This document shows positions 6,794 to 14,896 of a DNA stretch of 22,329 bases, in pieces (within the stretch, counting starts at the first letter, position 1; each line of letters begins with the position of its first letter). The position numbers and the translations under genes were made by a program. The notes beneath the pieces were generated by a model. The model worked only from the letters and a program-made list of their open reading frames with translations. It was not told the DNA's origin and did not search any database. The stretch is from Thermoproteota archaeon (GTDB lineage Archaea > Korarchaeota > Korarchaeia > B14-G2). The DNA is taken from positions 1 to 22,329 of the forward strand of contig JAVCBW010000029.1 of NCBI GenBank assembly GCA_037917675.1, read 5' to 3'.

Positions 6794-7172
6794 GCTCACC
6801 TACCTTCATCTTGAGCCTTATCCCAGAGTACGTATAGGCATGAGTTGAAGCTAAGGTGTATGGTGGCGTCGATATCAGCAGCAATATGCCTATCATCGAG
6901 TTTAAGTCTTGAGTTGAAGGGATGTAGCTGCCTGAGGGATGTGAGTGGGCTGCCCCAATCACTCTTACTGGAGGCAGATGCACTATGCTGAACTGGGCGT
7001 ATGTTGACCCATGGACTGCGAATGGGGGTATGTAGACGTCCTCCACGTGGGCTATATGCCTCCTCCTATAGCCTGATAGGATCAGCAAAGCTTCTCTAGG
7101 GTGGTTTGCCCTGAAGTAGTCTAAGATGAACTCGAGCTGCTCCCTTGTAAGATGAACTTCCTTAAGCTCCAT
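6786..7172 (-). CDS. JAMM/MPN+ zinc metalloprotease (Mov34/JAB family)
   Basis: Complete motif E(HPRE)...HSH-x7-S-x2-D (HSHPSGSYIPSTQD). The stop overlaps the corrinoid gene start. Confidence 0.88.
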   Translation of the reverse strand: MELKEVHLTREQLEFILDYFRANHPREALLILSGYRRRHIAHVEDVYIPPFAVHGSTYAQFSIVHLPPVRVIGAAHSHPSGSYIPSTQDLNSMIGILLLISTPPYTLASTHAYTYSGIRLKMKVGEHG

Positions 7173-7181
7173 AGCTACTCC

Positions 7182-7871
7182 TCAAGTCGTATAGACCTTT
7201 ACACCAAGCTTCTCTGCTAGAGCCTTAGCATCCTCCCTTATATACGGGGTTACCACAGCTAGAATAGGCTTCACACCCCTCTTCCTATAGTATAGCTCTC
7301 CCTTCCTCACTAGAGCAGCTATGTTTCCTACAGATATACTTGCCTTAACCTCTATCAGCATGTGCTCCCTGTCTCTCACAGCTAGGTCAGCTTCAACCTG
7401 AGATGGATGCTTATATACAAGACCCTCCTCATACTCAACCCACCTACTGACCTCTACTCCAGCTATCTCTGAAGCAACCTCAATCGCATTTCTGAAAGCC
7501 TTCTCACTCAGAATGCCCCACCTAGCTCCAATTCCCTTAACACTGCGGTCTAGAGCCCTAACCAGGGTCTCAACTCTATCCATCCTCTTTAGCACCTTGT
7601 TGAAGTCTTCACGCAACCTTACTTGCTCTCTTGAGAGCTTCTCTAGCCTCTCTTCGACTGCCTCTATCCTCTTTAGCATCTTGTTGAAGTCTTCACGCAG
7701 CCTTACTTGCTCCTTACCTTGCTTCTCTATTGCCTTGGTAGCTGCTGCTAGCTCTGCTAGTATCTGGGCTGCTGGCTGCGCCTCTGCTTTCCCCGTGATT
7801 TTCCTCCAGAGCTCTGCTGCTAGCTCTGGCTTCTCCTCTATTTCTCTGATCAAGGCCTCTATGATCTCCAT
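7182..7871 (-). CDS. archaeal coiled-coil repeat + PD-(D/E)xK nuclease-fold protein (DUF3782/paREP-like)
   Basis: Heptad repeats, GARWGILSEKAFRNA, EADL...IEVKAS nuclease-like motif and C-terminal VTPYI...AEKLGVKVY. Confidence 0.8.
   Translation of the reverse strand: MEIIEALIREIEEKPELAAELWRKITGKAEAQPAAQILAELAAATKAIEKQGKEQVRLREDFNKMLKRIEAVEERLEKLSREQVRLREDFNKVLKRMDRVETLVRALDRSVKGIGARWGILSEKAFRNAIEVASEIAGVEVSRWVEYEEGLVYKHPSQVEADLAVRDREHMLIEVKASISVGNIAALVRKGELYYRKRGVKPILAVVTPYIREDAKALAEKLGVKVYTT
7582..7712. repeat. 47-bp direct repeat with 84-bp (28-aa, four-heptad) period inside the coiled coil
   Basis: Copies at 7582-7628 and 7666-7712 differ at 2 positions and encode EQVRLREDFNK(M/V)LKR. 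Confidence 0.9.
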
Positions 7872-7899
7872 GTCTCCCAGGTGTTTTTGCTAGCTACTC

Positions 7900-7907
7900 T
7901 TTTAAAG
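7900..7907. promoter_or_regulatory. candidate bidirectional TATA box
   Basis: TTTTAAAG lies about 30 bp from both the minus start at 7871 and the proposed plus start at 7938. Confidence 0.5.
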
Positions 7908-7937
7908 CTTGCTTTTGAGGGTGTGTTTGGGTGGCTA

Positions 7938-8870
7938 TTGCTGCTTGATGCTGTGCGGGAGGGTAGGCTTCAGGCTGCTCCGTTCATAGGGTATCCTGGA
8001 GCTAGAGCTGCTGGCATTAAGGCTGCAGATGCCCTTAGGGACTGGAGGCTACATGTTAAGGCTGCTAGAGCCTCGGTTGAGAGGTTTGGTGTCGACTTGC
8101 TGCTTCCTCTGCTAGACTTGACTGCTGAGGCTGAGGCTCTTGGGGCTGATGTGAGCTTCAGAGAGCTTGAGCCTCCTCATGTGAGCAGGCATATCAGCTT
8201 GAGTGAGCTGGCTTCTACTGAGCCTAATCTAGGTGGTAGGCTCTGGGATATGCTTAAGGTTGCTAGGGAGCTTGGCTCTCTTGGCCTCTCTGGGTTCTAT
8301 GCATCTGGCCCTCTTACCATAGCTGCTCAAGCTGCTGGCTTAGGTAAGCTGTTCTCTGCTGTTCTTAAGGGTGAGGCTGATAGAGCTATTGAGGTCTGTG
8401 GTGAGCTTTTCCTGGAGTATGCTGGAGCCCTATCTGAGCTTGTTGACATTGTGGTTGTAGCTGAGCCTGTCGCCTCTCTTGTCCCACCTGATGTGTTTGA
8501 GAGGCTTTCGCTCCCCTACTTGAGGAGGCTTAAGGAGTGTGTTATACATGTCTGTGGTGATGCATGGCATGTCCTACCTTACCTAGCTGAGTTCGCTGCT
8601 GGCGTGAGTGTTGACAGCAAGGTTGACTTGAGGGAGGCCTGTAGACGCTGGAGGAACGTGGTGTGGATTGGGAACTATCCTCCTGCTAGCCTTGTTGTCA
8701 AGAGCCCTAGTGAGGTCTATGAGGAGGTCTTCAGCCTGTACTCAGGGCTCAGGGGGCTCGGGGACATCGTGGCCTGCACTGGCTGCGATGTGCCTGCTAG
8801 AGCGAGCTTCAGCTGCATCGAGAGCTTCATGGAGGCTGCTAGAAGGGCTTTCAGCTCACCTGTGGCCTGA
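7938..8870 (+). CDS. uroporphyrinogen decarboxylase-family protein, MtaA/CmuA-like methylcobamide:thiol methyltransferase
   Basis: DLTAEAEALGA, GPLTIA, AEPVAS, zinc motif HVCG plus a distal TGCD cysteine, WIGN. Start moved to TTG 7938 (GGGTGG upstream); the track starts at 7881. Confidence 0.75.
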   Translation: MLLDAVREGRLQAAPFIGYPGARAAGIKAADALRDWRLHVKAARASVERFGVDLLLPLLDLTAEAEALGADVSFRELEPPHVSRHISLSELASTEPNLGGRLWDMLKVARELGSLGLSGFYASGPLTIAAQAAGLGKLFSAVLKGEADRAIEVCGELFLEYAGALSELVDIVVVAEPVASLVPPDVFERLSLPYLRRLKECVIHVCGDAWHVLPYLAEFAAGVSVDSKVDLREACRRWRNVVWIGNYPPASLVVKSPSEVYEEVFSLYSGLRGLGDIVACTGCDVPARASFSCIESFMEAARRAFSSPVA

Positions 8871-8876
8871 GCTAAC

Positions 8877-8884
8877 TTTTAAAA
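8877..8884 (+). promoter_or_regulatory. TATA box for the CoA-transferase genes
   Basis: TTTTAAAA 30 bp upstream of TTG 8914. Confidence 0.55.
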
Positions 8885-8913
8885 GCTCTTGGCCTCAGCC
8901 TCTGGTGCCTAGC

Positions 8914-9921
8914 TTGGAGGTGCTGCTTGAAGGTGAAGGTGAGCTCCTAGCTTGGCATGACCCTGATGAGATGAGGAGGTGGGCTGCTGAGAACAAGAGT
9001 AAGGAGCTTGTCGACAAGAGGATGGGCTTGAGGGAGGCTGTGAAGAAGTTTGTGAGCGACGGCTGCTACATAGCCTTCGGTGGCTTCGGGCATGTCAGGG
9101 TTTCGATGGCTGTGATCTACGAGATCATCAGACAGAGGAAGCGTAGGCTTGTGATGGCTGGGAAGACTGCAGTCCATGATGTGGACATCCTTGTTGCAGC
9201 AGGCTGCGTAGACAAGGTTGAGGTAGCCTACAGCTTTGGACATGAGCTCAGAGGGCTGAGCCCAGCTTCAAGGCGAGCAGTAGAGCAGGGTAGAGTCAAG
9301 GTTGCTTCAGAGTGGTCTAATGCAGCATTCCAGTGGAGGTTCCTTGCTGCAGCAATGGGGCTGCCATTCATGCCAACCAGAGTGATGCTTGGCACAGACA
9401 CCTTGAGGAAGAGCTCAGCTAAGGTAGTCAGAGACCCATTTACTGGGAAGCCTATATGCCTGCTTCCAGCATGCTATCCTGACGTGGCTGTGATCCATGT
9501 GCACCGCTGCGACATCTATGGGAACTGCCAGATCGACGGGATCTCAGTTGAGGACTTCGAGCTAGCTAGGGCAGCTAAGAGGCTCATAGTGACCACAGAA
9601 GAGATAATCGACCATGAGCTGATAAGGAGGGAGCCACATCGAACTATAATACCATACTTCCTAGTAGATGCTGTAGTAGAGGTCCCCTGGGGAGCTCACC
9701 CCTGCAACATGCCATACATGTACTACTTTGATGAGGAGCACATAGCTGAGTGGCTCAGTCTCTCTAAGACTGAAGATGGTGTCAGGGAGTACCTAGACAA
9801 GTACGTCTATAGCGTGGACTCTTTCGAGGAGTATCTGGAGCTCATTGGTGGAGTGAGGAAGCTAGAGTACCTAAAGAGGCTAGAGCAGCTGAGAGAAGAG
9901 CTCAAGATCCCTGGGAGGTGA
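8914..9921 (+). CDS. family I CoA-transferase subunit A (glutaconate CoA-transferase GctA-like)
   Basis: LREAVKKFVSDG, IAFGGFG, AAAMGLPFMP, PDVAVIHVHRCDIYGN, VDAVVEVPWGAHP. The true start is probably TTG 8914 (GGTG site and TATA box); the track's 82-codon extension overlaps the upstream gene. Confidence 0.9.
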   Translation: MEVLLEGEGELLAWHDPDEMRRWAAENKSKELVDKRMGLREAVKKFVSDGCYIAFGGFGHVRVSMAVIYEIIRQRKRRLVMAGKTAVHDVDILVAAGCVDKVEVAYSFGHELRGLSPASRRAVEQGRVKVASEWSNAAFQWRFLAAAMGLPFMPTRVMLGTDTLRKSSAKVVRDPFTGKPICLLPACYPDVAVIHVHRCDIYGNCQIDGISVEDFELARAAKRLIVTTEEIIDHELIRREPHRTIIPYFLVDAVVEVPWGAHPCNMPYMYYFDEEHIAEWLSLSKTEDGVREYLDKYVYSVDSFEEYLELIGGVRKLEYLKRLEQLREELKIPGR

Positions 9922-9925
9922 TCAC

Positions 9926-10699
9926 GTGAGTGAGCCTAGGTACACTACAATAGAGCTCATGGCCTGTGTAGCCTCTAGGCTGCTGGAGGACAGGAAAACT
10001 GTCTTCGTTGGCACTGGGCTTCCGATGATAGCTGCAGCCCTAGCTCAGAGAACCCATGCACCAAACCTGGTTATAGTCTTTGAGGCAGGTGGAGTAGGCC
10101 CTAGGATACCTACCCTACCGATATCAGTAGGAGACTCTAGGACATTCCACATGGCTGTGATGGCGTCATCGATGCATGATGTGATGTCTATCGCTCAGAG
10201 AGGGTACTTAGACTACGGGTTCCTAGGTGGAGCTCAGATCGACATGTATGGGAACCTGAACACGACAGTCATAGGCCCGTGGGAAAAGCCTAAAGTGAGG
10301 CTCCCTGGGAGTGGTGGAGCAAACGACGTCGGCTCCCTCTGCAGGAGGACAATAATCCTCATGAGACAGGACCTAAGGAGGTTCGTCAAGAAGCTAGACT
10401 TCATAACGACACCAGGCTACCTGACTGGCCCAGGAGCTAGAGAGGAAGCTGGTCTGCCAGAGGGTACTGGCCCATATAGAGTCATTACTCAGCTCGGTGT
10501 CTATGGCTTCGATGAGGAGACAAAGAGGATGAAGCTGCTCTCAGTCCACCCAGGTGTCACAGTAGAGGACATAAAGGCTAATAGCCAGTTTGAGATCTTG
10601 ATCCCAGACAGGATAGAGGAGACTGAGCCTCCAAGCATAGAGGAGCTTAAGATACTCAGGGAAATAGACAGAGCTGGGCTAGTCATAGGGAGGAAATAG
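9926..10699 (+). CDS. family I CoA-transferase subunit B (GctB-like)
   Basis: VFVGTGLP, FEAG carrying the likely catalytic Glu, GFLGGAQIDMYGNLNTT, RLPGSGGAND. 4-bp gap after subunit A. Confidence 0.92.
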   Translation: MSEPRYTTIELMACVASRLLEDRKTVFVGTGLPMIAAALAQRTHAPNLVIVFEAGGVGPRIPTLPISVGDSRTFHMAVMASSMHDVMSIAQRGYLDYGFLGGAQIDMYGNLNTTVIGPWEKPKVRLPGSGGANDVGSLCRRTIILMRQDLRRFVKKLDFITTPGYLTGPGAREEAGLPEGTGPYRVITQLGVYGFDEETKRMKLLSVHPGVTVEDIKANSQFEILIPDRIEETEPPSIEELKILREIDRAGLVIGRK

Positions 10700-10755
10700 C
10701 CTCCAGCCTCACTGCCTCCACCAAAACTTTTAACTTGAAGCTATACTTGAAGTCT

Positions 10756-13425
10756 ATGCTATGGCACTCAATGGATGTCAGTGAGGTCATTGAGAGGCTT
10801 AAGACGAGCCCAAGAGGCCTGAGCACAGAGGAAGCTGAGAGGAGGCTCTTAGAGCATGGCCCAAATGAGATAAGGAGAGAGGGGAGGAGGAGCCCTCTCT
10901 CGATACTCCTAGATCAGTTCAAGAGCTTCCTTACGATAATACTCCTAGCTGCAACTGTGGCGTCACTTCTACTAGGTGAGCACATCGATGCCATGGCAAT
11001 ACTATCAATTGTCTTCATGTGCGCCATCCTAGGGTTCATCGAGGAGTATAGGAGTGAGAAGGCTGTTGAGAAGCTCAGGGAGATGGCTGCTCCGACAGCT
11101 ACCGTGATCAGGGATGGTGTTGAGTCTATAATCCCAGCTAGAGAGCTCGTCCCAGGAGACATCGTCGTCCTGAGGACTGGAGATAAGGTTCCAGCTGACA
11201 TAAGGCTAGCTGAAGCTTTCAGCCTGAAAGTCGATGAGAGCTCTCTGACAGGCGAGTCTAGCCCTGTACTGAAGTCAACTGAGCCTCTAGATGAGGCCAC
11301 ACCTCTACCTGACAGAGTAAACATGGCTTATAGCGGGACAGTCGTGACATATGGTCGTGGCTGGGGTGTTGTTGTTGAAACAGGGATGAAGACTGAGCTA
11401 GGTAAGATAGCTAAGATGATCCAGGAGGCTAGAGAGGAGAAGACCCCTCTAGAGAAGAGGATGGAGCACGTAGGTAAGTGGCTTGGTGCGCTCAGCTTAG
11501 CAGTATGTGCTGTGGTAGCTACACTAGGTGCCTTCAGAGGCTATGGAGCTCTCGAGATGCTGATATGGGGTGTGAGCTTAGCTGTGGCAGCAGTCCCAGA
11601 AGCTCTGCCAGCTGTAGTCACTGGAGCTCTAGCTATAGGAATGAGGGAGATGGCTAAGAGAAACGCCATAGTGAGGAGGATGCCTGCAGTCGAAACCCTA
11701 GGCTGCACCACAGTCATATGCTCAGATAAGACAGGTACGATCACAAAGAATGAGATGACTGTCAGGAGAGTAATCCTCCCAGACACGGAGATCGAGGTGA
11801 CTGGGCTAGGGTTCGAGCCAGCTGGAGAGCTCAAGGTAGGCGGCAGGAAAGCTGACTTAAGGAGCCTATGGCACCTCGACTTGCTCCTGAAGGCTGGAGC
11901 CCTCTGCAGCGACGCTAAGCTAGTGAAGCAGGCTGGAGGCTGGCATATCCTAGGAGACCCAACTGAGGGGGCTCTCGTGGTCTTAGCTGCTAAAGCAGGA
12001 TACAGCAAGGAGGCCCTAGACTCCAAGTACAAGAGGATAGGTGAGATCCCATTCACATCAGAGCGTAAGAGGATGACCACCATACATGAGTTCAACAGGA
12101 GGCTCATGGCCTTCATGAAAGGAGCACCAGAAGTCGTCCTCGAGAAGTGCAGCAAGGCAGCTACCTCAAGTGGAGTCATAGAGCTGACGCCAGAACTCAA
12201 GGAAAAGATCCTAGAGGCCAACGACGAGCTTGCCTCAAGAGCCTACAGGAACCTCTGCATAGCCTACAGGGAAGTTGAGCCTATGAGAGAGTACACTGAG
12301 GAAATAGAGGAGGACCTCACTCTGCTAGGCCTAGTAGCCATGATCGACCCTCCAAGAGAGGAGGTCAGGGAGGCAATAGAGCTCTGTAAGAGAGCTGGAA
12401 TCAAGGTTGTGATGATAACAGGAGACCACAAGCTTACAGCCATGGCCATAGCATCAGAGATAGGGCTAAGTGAAGGCAGAGTCATGACCGGATCTGAGCT
12501 AGAGGAGATAACGACTGAAGAGCTCACGAAGCAAGCTGAAGAGATCTCAATATACGCTAGAGTTTCTCCTGAGCACAAGGTCAAGATAGTAGATGCACTG
12601 AAGTCTAGAGGCCACATAGTAGCCATGACAGGAGATGGTGTGAACGACGCGCCAGCCCTAAAGAAGGCCGACATAGGGATGTCAATGGGGGTCAAGGGGA
12701 CTGATGTAGCTAAGGAGGCATCTGACATGGTGCTTGCAGACGACAACTTCGCTACAATAGTAGCTGCAGTCAAGGAAGGCAGAAGGATATTCGATAACAT
12801 CAAGAAATACCTAGCATACCTGCTACAGTGCAATATAGCTGAGATCCTTGTGATGCTCTTCTCCTCACTACTGAACTGGGACCTCCCACTCACAGCAGTC
12901 CAGCTCCTCTGGGTAAACCTCACGACAGACGGCCTCCCAGCTCTAGCTCTAGGAGTAGATCCAGCTGAGCCAGATGTCATGGACAGGCCCCCGCGGAGGC
13001 CCGAGGAGGGCGTATTCACCAGAGAGGTCAAGGCATACCTGTTCTCAGCCCCTCTACTGGTGACAGCTCTCCTCCTAGCCCTCTACTGGAGGCATGGTGG
13101 CGCAGCCACACTCAAAGCCAGGACACAGCTCTTCACCACAATGGTCTTCATAGAGCTAGCCATAGCAGCAACCTGTAGATCACTGAAGCACCCGATAATC
13201 AAGGTAGGTATCATGGAGAACAAGCTTCTCTGGGCTGCCATAGCTGCATCAGCAGCACTTCAGCTACTAGTCCTCTATACTCCAGCCCTCTATATGGCAT
13301 TCGACGTCCAAAAGCCTACGCTAGGAGACCTAGCGCTCTCAGCCACTCTTGCCATAGCGGTTTTTGCCACAATAGAGGGGGCTAAGCTACTCTATGAGCT
13401 CAAGTCTAGAGAGGCAAGCAGCTAA
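10756..13425 (+). CDS. cation-transporting P-type ATPase, P2A (Ca2+/SPCA-SERCA-like)
   Basis: DESSLTGES, VAAVPEAL, CSDKTGT, KGAPE, MITGD, TGDGVNDAPALK, QLLWVNLTTDGLPALAL. ATG 10756 follows AAAACTTTTAA (10723-10733). Confidence 0.95.
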   Translation: MLWHSMDVSEVIERLKTSPRGLSTEEAERRLLEHGPNEIRREGRRSPLSILLDQFKSFLTIILLAATVASLLLGEHIDAMAILSIVFMCAILGFIEEYRSEKAVEKLREMAAPTATVIRDGVESIIPARELVPGDIVVLRTGDKVPADIRLAEAFSLKVDESSLTGESSPVLKSTEPLDEATPLPDRVNMAYSGTVVTYGRGWGVVVETGMKTELGKIAKMIQEAREEKTPLEKRMEHVGKWLGALSLAVCAVVATLGAFRGYGALEMLIWGVSLAVAAVPEALPAVVTGALAIGMREMAKRNAIVRRMPAVETLGCTTVICSDKTGTITKNEMTVRRVILPDTEIEVTGLGFEPAGELKVGGRKADLRSLWHLDLLLKAGALCSDAKLVKQAGGWHILGDPTEGALVVLAAKAGYSKEALDSKYKRIGEIPFTSERKRMTTIHEFNRRLMAFMKGAPEVVLEKCSKAATSSGVIELTPELKEKILEANDELASRAYRNLCIAYREVEPMREYTEEIEEDLTLLGLVAMIDPPREEVREAIELCKRAGIKVVMITGDHKLTAMAIASEIGLSEGRVMTGSELEEITTEELTKQAEEISIYARVSPEHKVKIVDALKSRGHIVAMTGDGVNDAPALKKADIGMSMGVKGTDVAKEASDMVLADDNFATIVAAVKEGRRIFDNIKKYLAYLLQCNIAEILVMLFSSLLNWDLPLTAVQLLWVNLTTDGLPALALGVDPAEPDVMDRPPRRPEEGVFTREVKAYLFSAPLLVTALLLALYWRHGGAATLKARTQLFTTMVFIELAIAATCRSLKHPIIKVGIMENKLLWAAIAASAALQLLVLYTPALYMAFDVQKPTLGDLALSATLAIAVFATIEGAKLLYELKSREASS

Positions 13426-13653
13426 ACACTCAAGGACAGTGGCATGCGTATACACAGAGAGCAGTAATGAGGTACTCTAGCCTGAGCTATGAGAGCTTAC
13501 CAACTACTGTCATGACCTTGGCAATTTATAGCGACAAAGCTTGTGAGATGTGGTGTGTTCCAGCTATCCCATGCTACATTACACTTTTCATCTTGGCTGG
13601 CCAAGAACCTAGCCCTCATAATTAAGCTTCCAGAAGGATCCAGCAGTTTAGAC

Positions 13654-13667
13654 AAAAGATTATTAAG
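13654..13667 (+). promoter_or_regulatory. BRE/TATA promoter of the M24 gene
   Basis: AAAAGATTATTAAG about 23 bp upstream of ATG 13690, consistent with a leaderless transcript. Confidence 0.55.
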
Positions 13668-13689
13668 ATACCGAAGCTACCGGGTTTTT

Positions 13690-14895
13690 ATGTGGAGAGA
13701 GGTTATAGATACGTTTGACATCGAGCTTGAGCGTAGAGTAGATTGGAAGATGCTGAGAAGAATACGCCTAGAGAAGCTCTGGGATCTAATAGATACTAGA
13801 AACCTTGATGCTCTGCTTCTCACCCTATCATATAACATCAGGTATGCAACAGACTTCCGTCCTCTCTTTGGCCCATTCTATGTATATGATAGGTATACTG
13901 CCGTGGTTCCAAAGAGGAAGGAGCCAATATTGTTTATGACAGAGCCTGAGGTGGCATTAGGCTGTGTTAAGAGGAGGATGCCTTGGATAAGAGACTATAG
14001 GAGAGTCTATCAATTCTCCTCTACGCTATATGCTATTGACAAGTGGGTTGATGGTGTTAAGGAGGTGCTAGAGGAATATGGTGTGAAGGGTGGTCGGGTG
14101 GGTGTAGATTATATGTCTTTTATGGTATACCAGAAGCTTGAGAATTCGATGCCTGATACTGAGTTTGTACCTGCATTCGCTGAGATAGCTGAGGCTAGGA
14201 TGATTAAACACCCTGAGGAGCTTAAAGTCATGATTGAGGCTGTACAGGTTGTCGAAATTGGTATGAGAGAGGCACTAGATAACATCAGAGAAGGTATCAG
14301 AGAATATGAGGTCGGAGCTTTTGCGCTCAAAGCCATGGCTGAAGCTGGTATGGAAGTTGTTACGCACAGTCCCTCTGTGAGAGCGGGGGAGAATGCAGCT
14401 ATATTCCAGCGGACAGCTACAGGTAAGAGAATTAGAAGTGGAGAGACTGTTATAATAGACTTAGGAGCAGTCGTTAATGGATACTGTGCTGACTTCTGTA
14501 GGACCACAGTTTGCGGCACAGCTAGTGATAAGCATAAGGACATGTTTAAGGCTCTTCTCACGGCGCATCTAAATGCTATACGGTCTATACGACCTGGGTT
14601 ACACACTTCAGAACTAGATAGGATGATTAGAGAAGGTATTAAGAGGGCTGGCTACCCTGACTACCCAGGTGGGACAGGGCATGGCATAGGTATGGCCTTG
14701 GGAGAACCTCCTGTGATACCACCTCCCTCAGAAGAGGCTGACCTGGCTCTGAAGCCTGGAATGGTCGTTTGCTTGGAGCCTGGCATATTTATACCAGGGA
14801 CTGCAGGAGTTAAAGTCGAGGATATGGTGCTTGTTACAGACTATGGTGCAGAGGTCTTAACTAAAACAGAGTATGAGGAGAGGCTGCTAGGCTGA
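13690..14895 (+). CDS. M24 family Xaa-Pro peptidase-like protein with the canonical metal-ligand set
   Basis: Creatinase-like N-domain; IDLG..YCADFCRT (D,D), TGHGIG (H), LEPG (E), KVEDMV (E). Start moved to ATG 13690. Confidence 0.9.
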   Translation: MWREVIDTFDIELERRVDWKMLRRIRLEKLWDLIDTRNLDALLLTLSYNIRYATDFRPLFGPFYVYDRYTAVVPKRKEPILFMTEPEVALGCVKRRMPWIRDYRRVYQFSSTLYAIDKWVDGVKEVLEEYGVKGGRVGVDYMSFMVYQKLENSMPDTEFVPAFAEIAEARMIKHPEELKVMIEAVQVVEIGMREALDNIREGIREYEVGAFALKAMAEAGMEVVTHSPSVRAGENAAIFQRTATGKRIRSGETVIIDLGAVVNGYCADFCRTTVCGTASDKHKDMFKALLTAHLNAIRSIRPGLHTSELDRMIREGIKRAGYPDYPGGTGHGIGMALGEPPVIPPPSEEADLALKPGMVVCLEPGIFIPGTAGVKVEDMVLVTDYGAEVLTKTEYEERLLG

Positions 14896-14896
14896 A

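Noticed and set aside
7582-7712. Direct repeats with a 37-bp spacer resembling a mini CRISPR array
   Set aside because: Only two copies, in-frame within a coiled-coil CDS, with no leader or cas genes.
7938-8870. Calling this gene hemE
   Set aside because: It lacks the N-terminal RQAGR motif of true uroporphyrinogen decarboxylase and has the HxC...C zinc set of MT2-type enzymes.
8668-8913. N-terminal extension of the CoA-transferase A ORF
   Set aside because: It overlaps the MtaA-like gene by about 200 bp. The TATA box (8877) and GGTG site support the TTG at 8914.
13543-13689. N-terminal extension of the M24 ORF
   Set aside because: It runs through the BRE/TATA element; ATG 13690 fits better.
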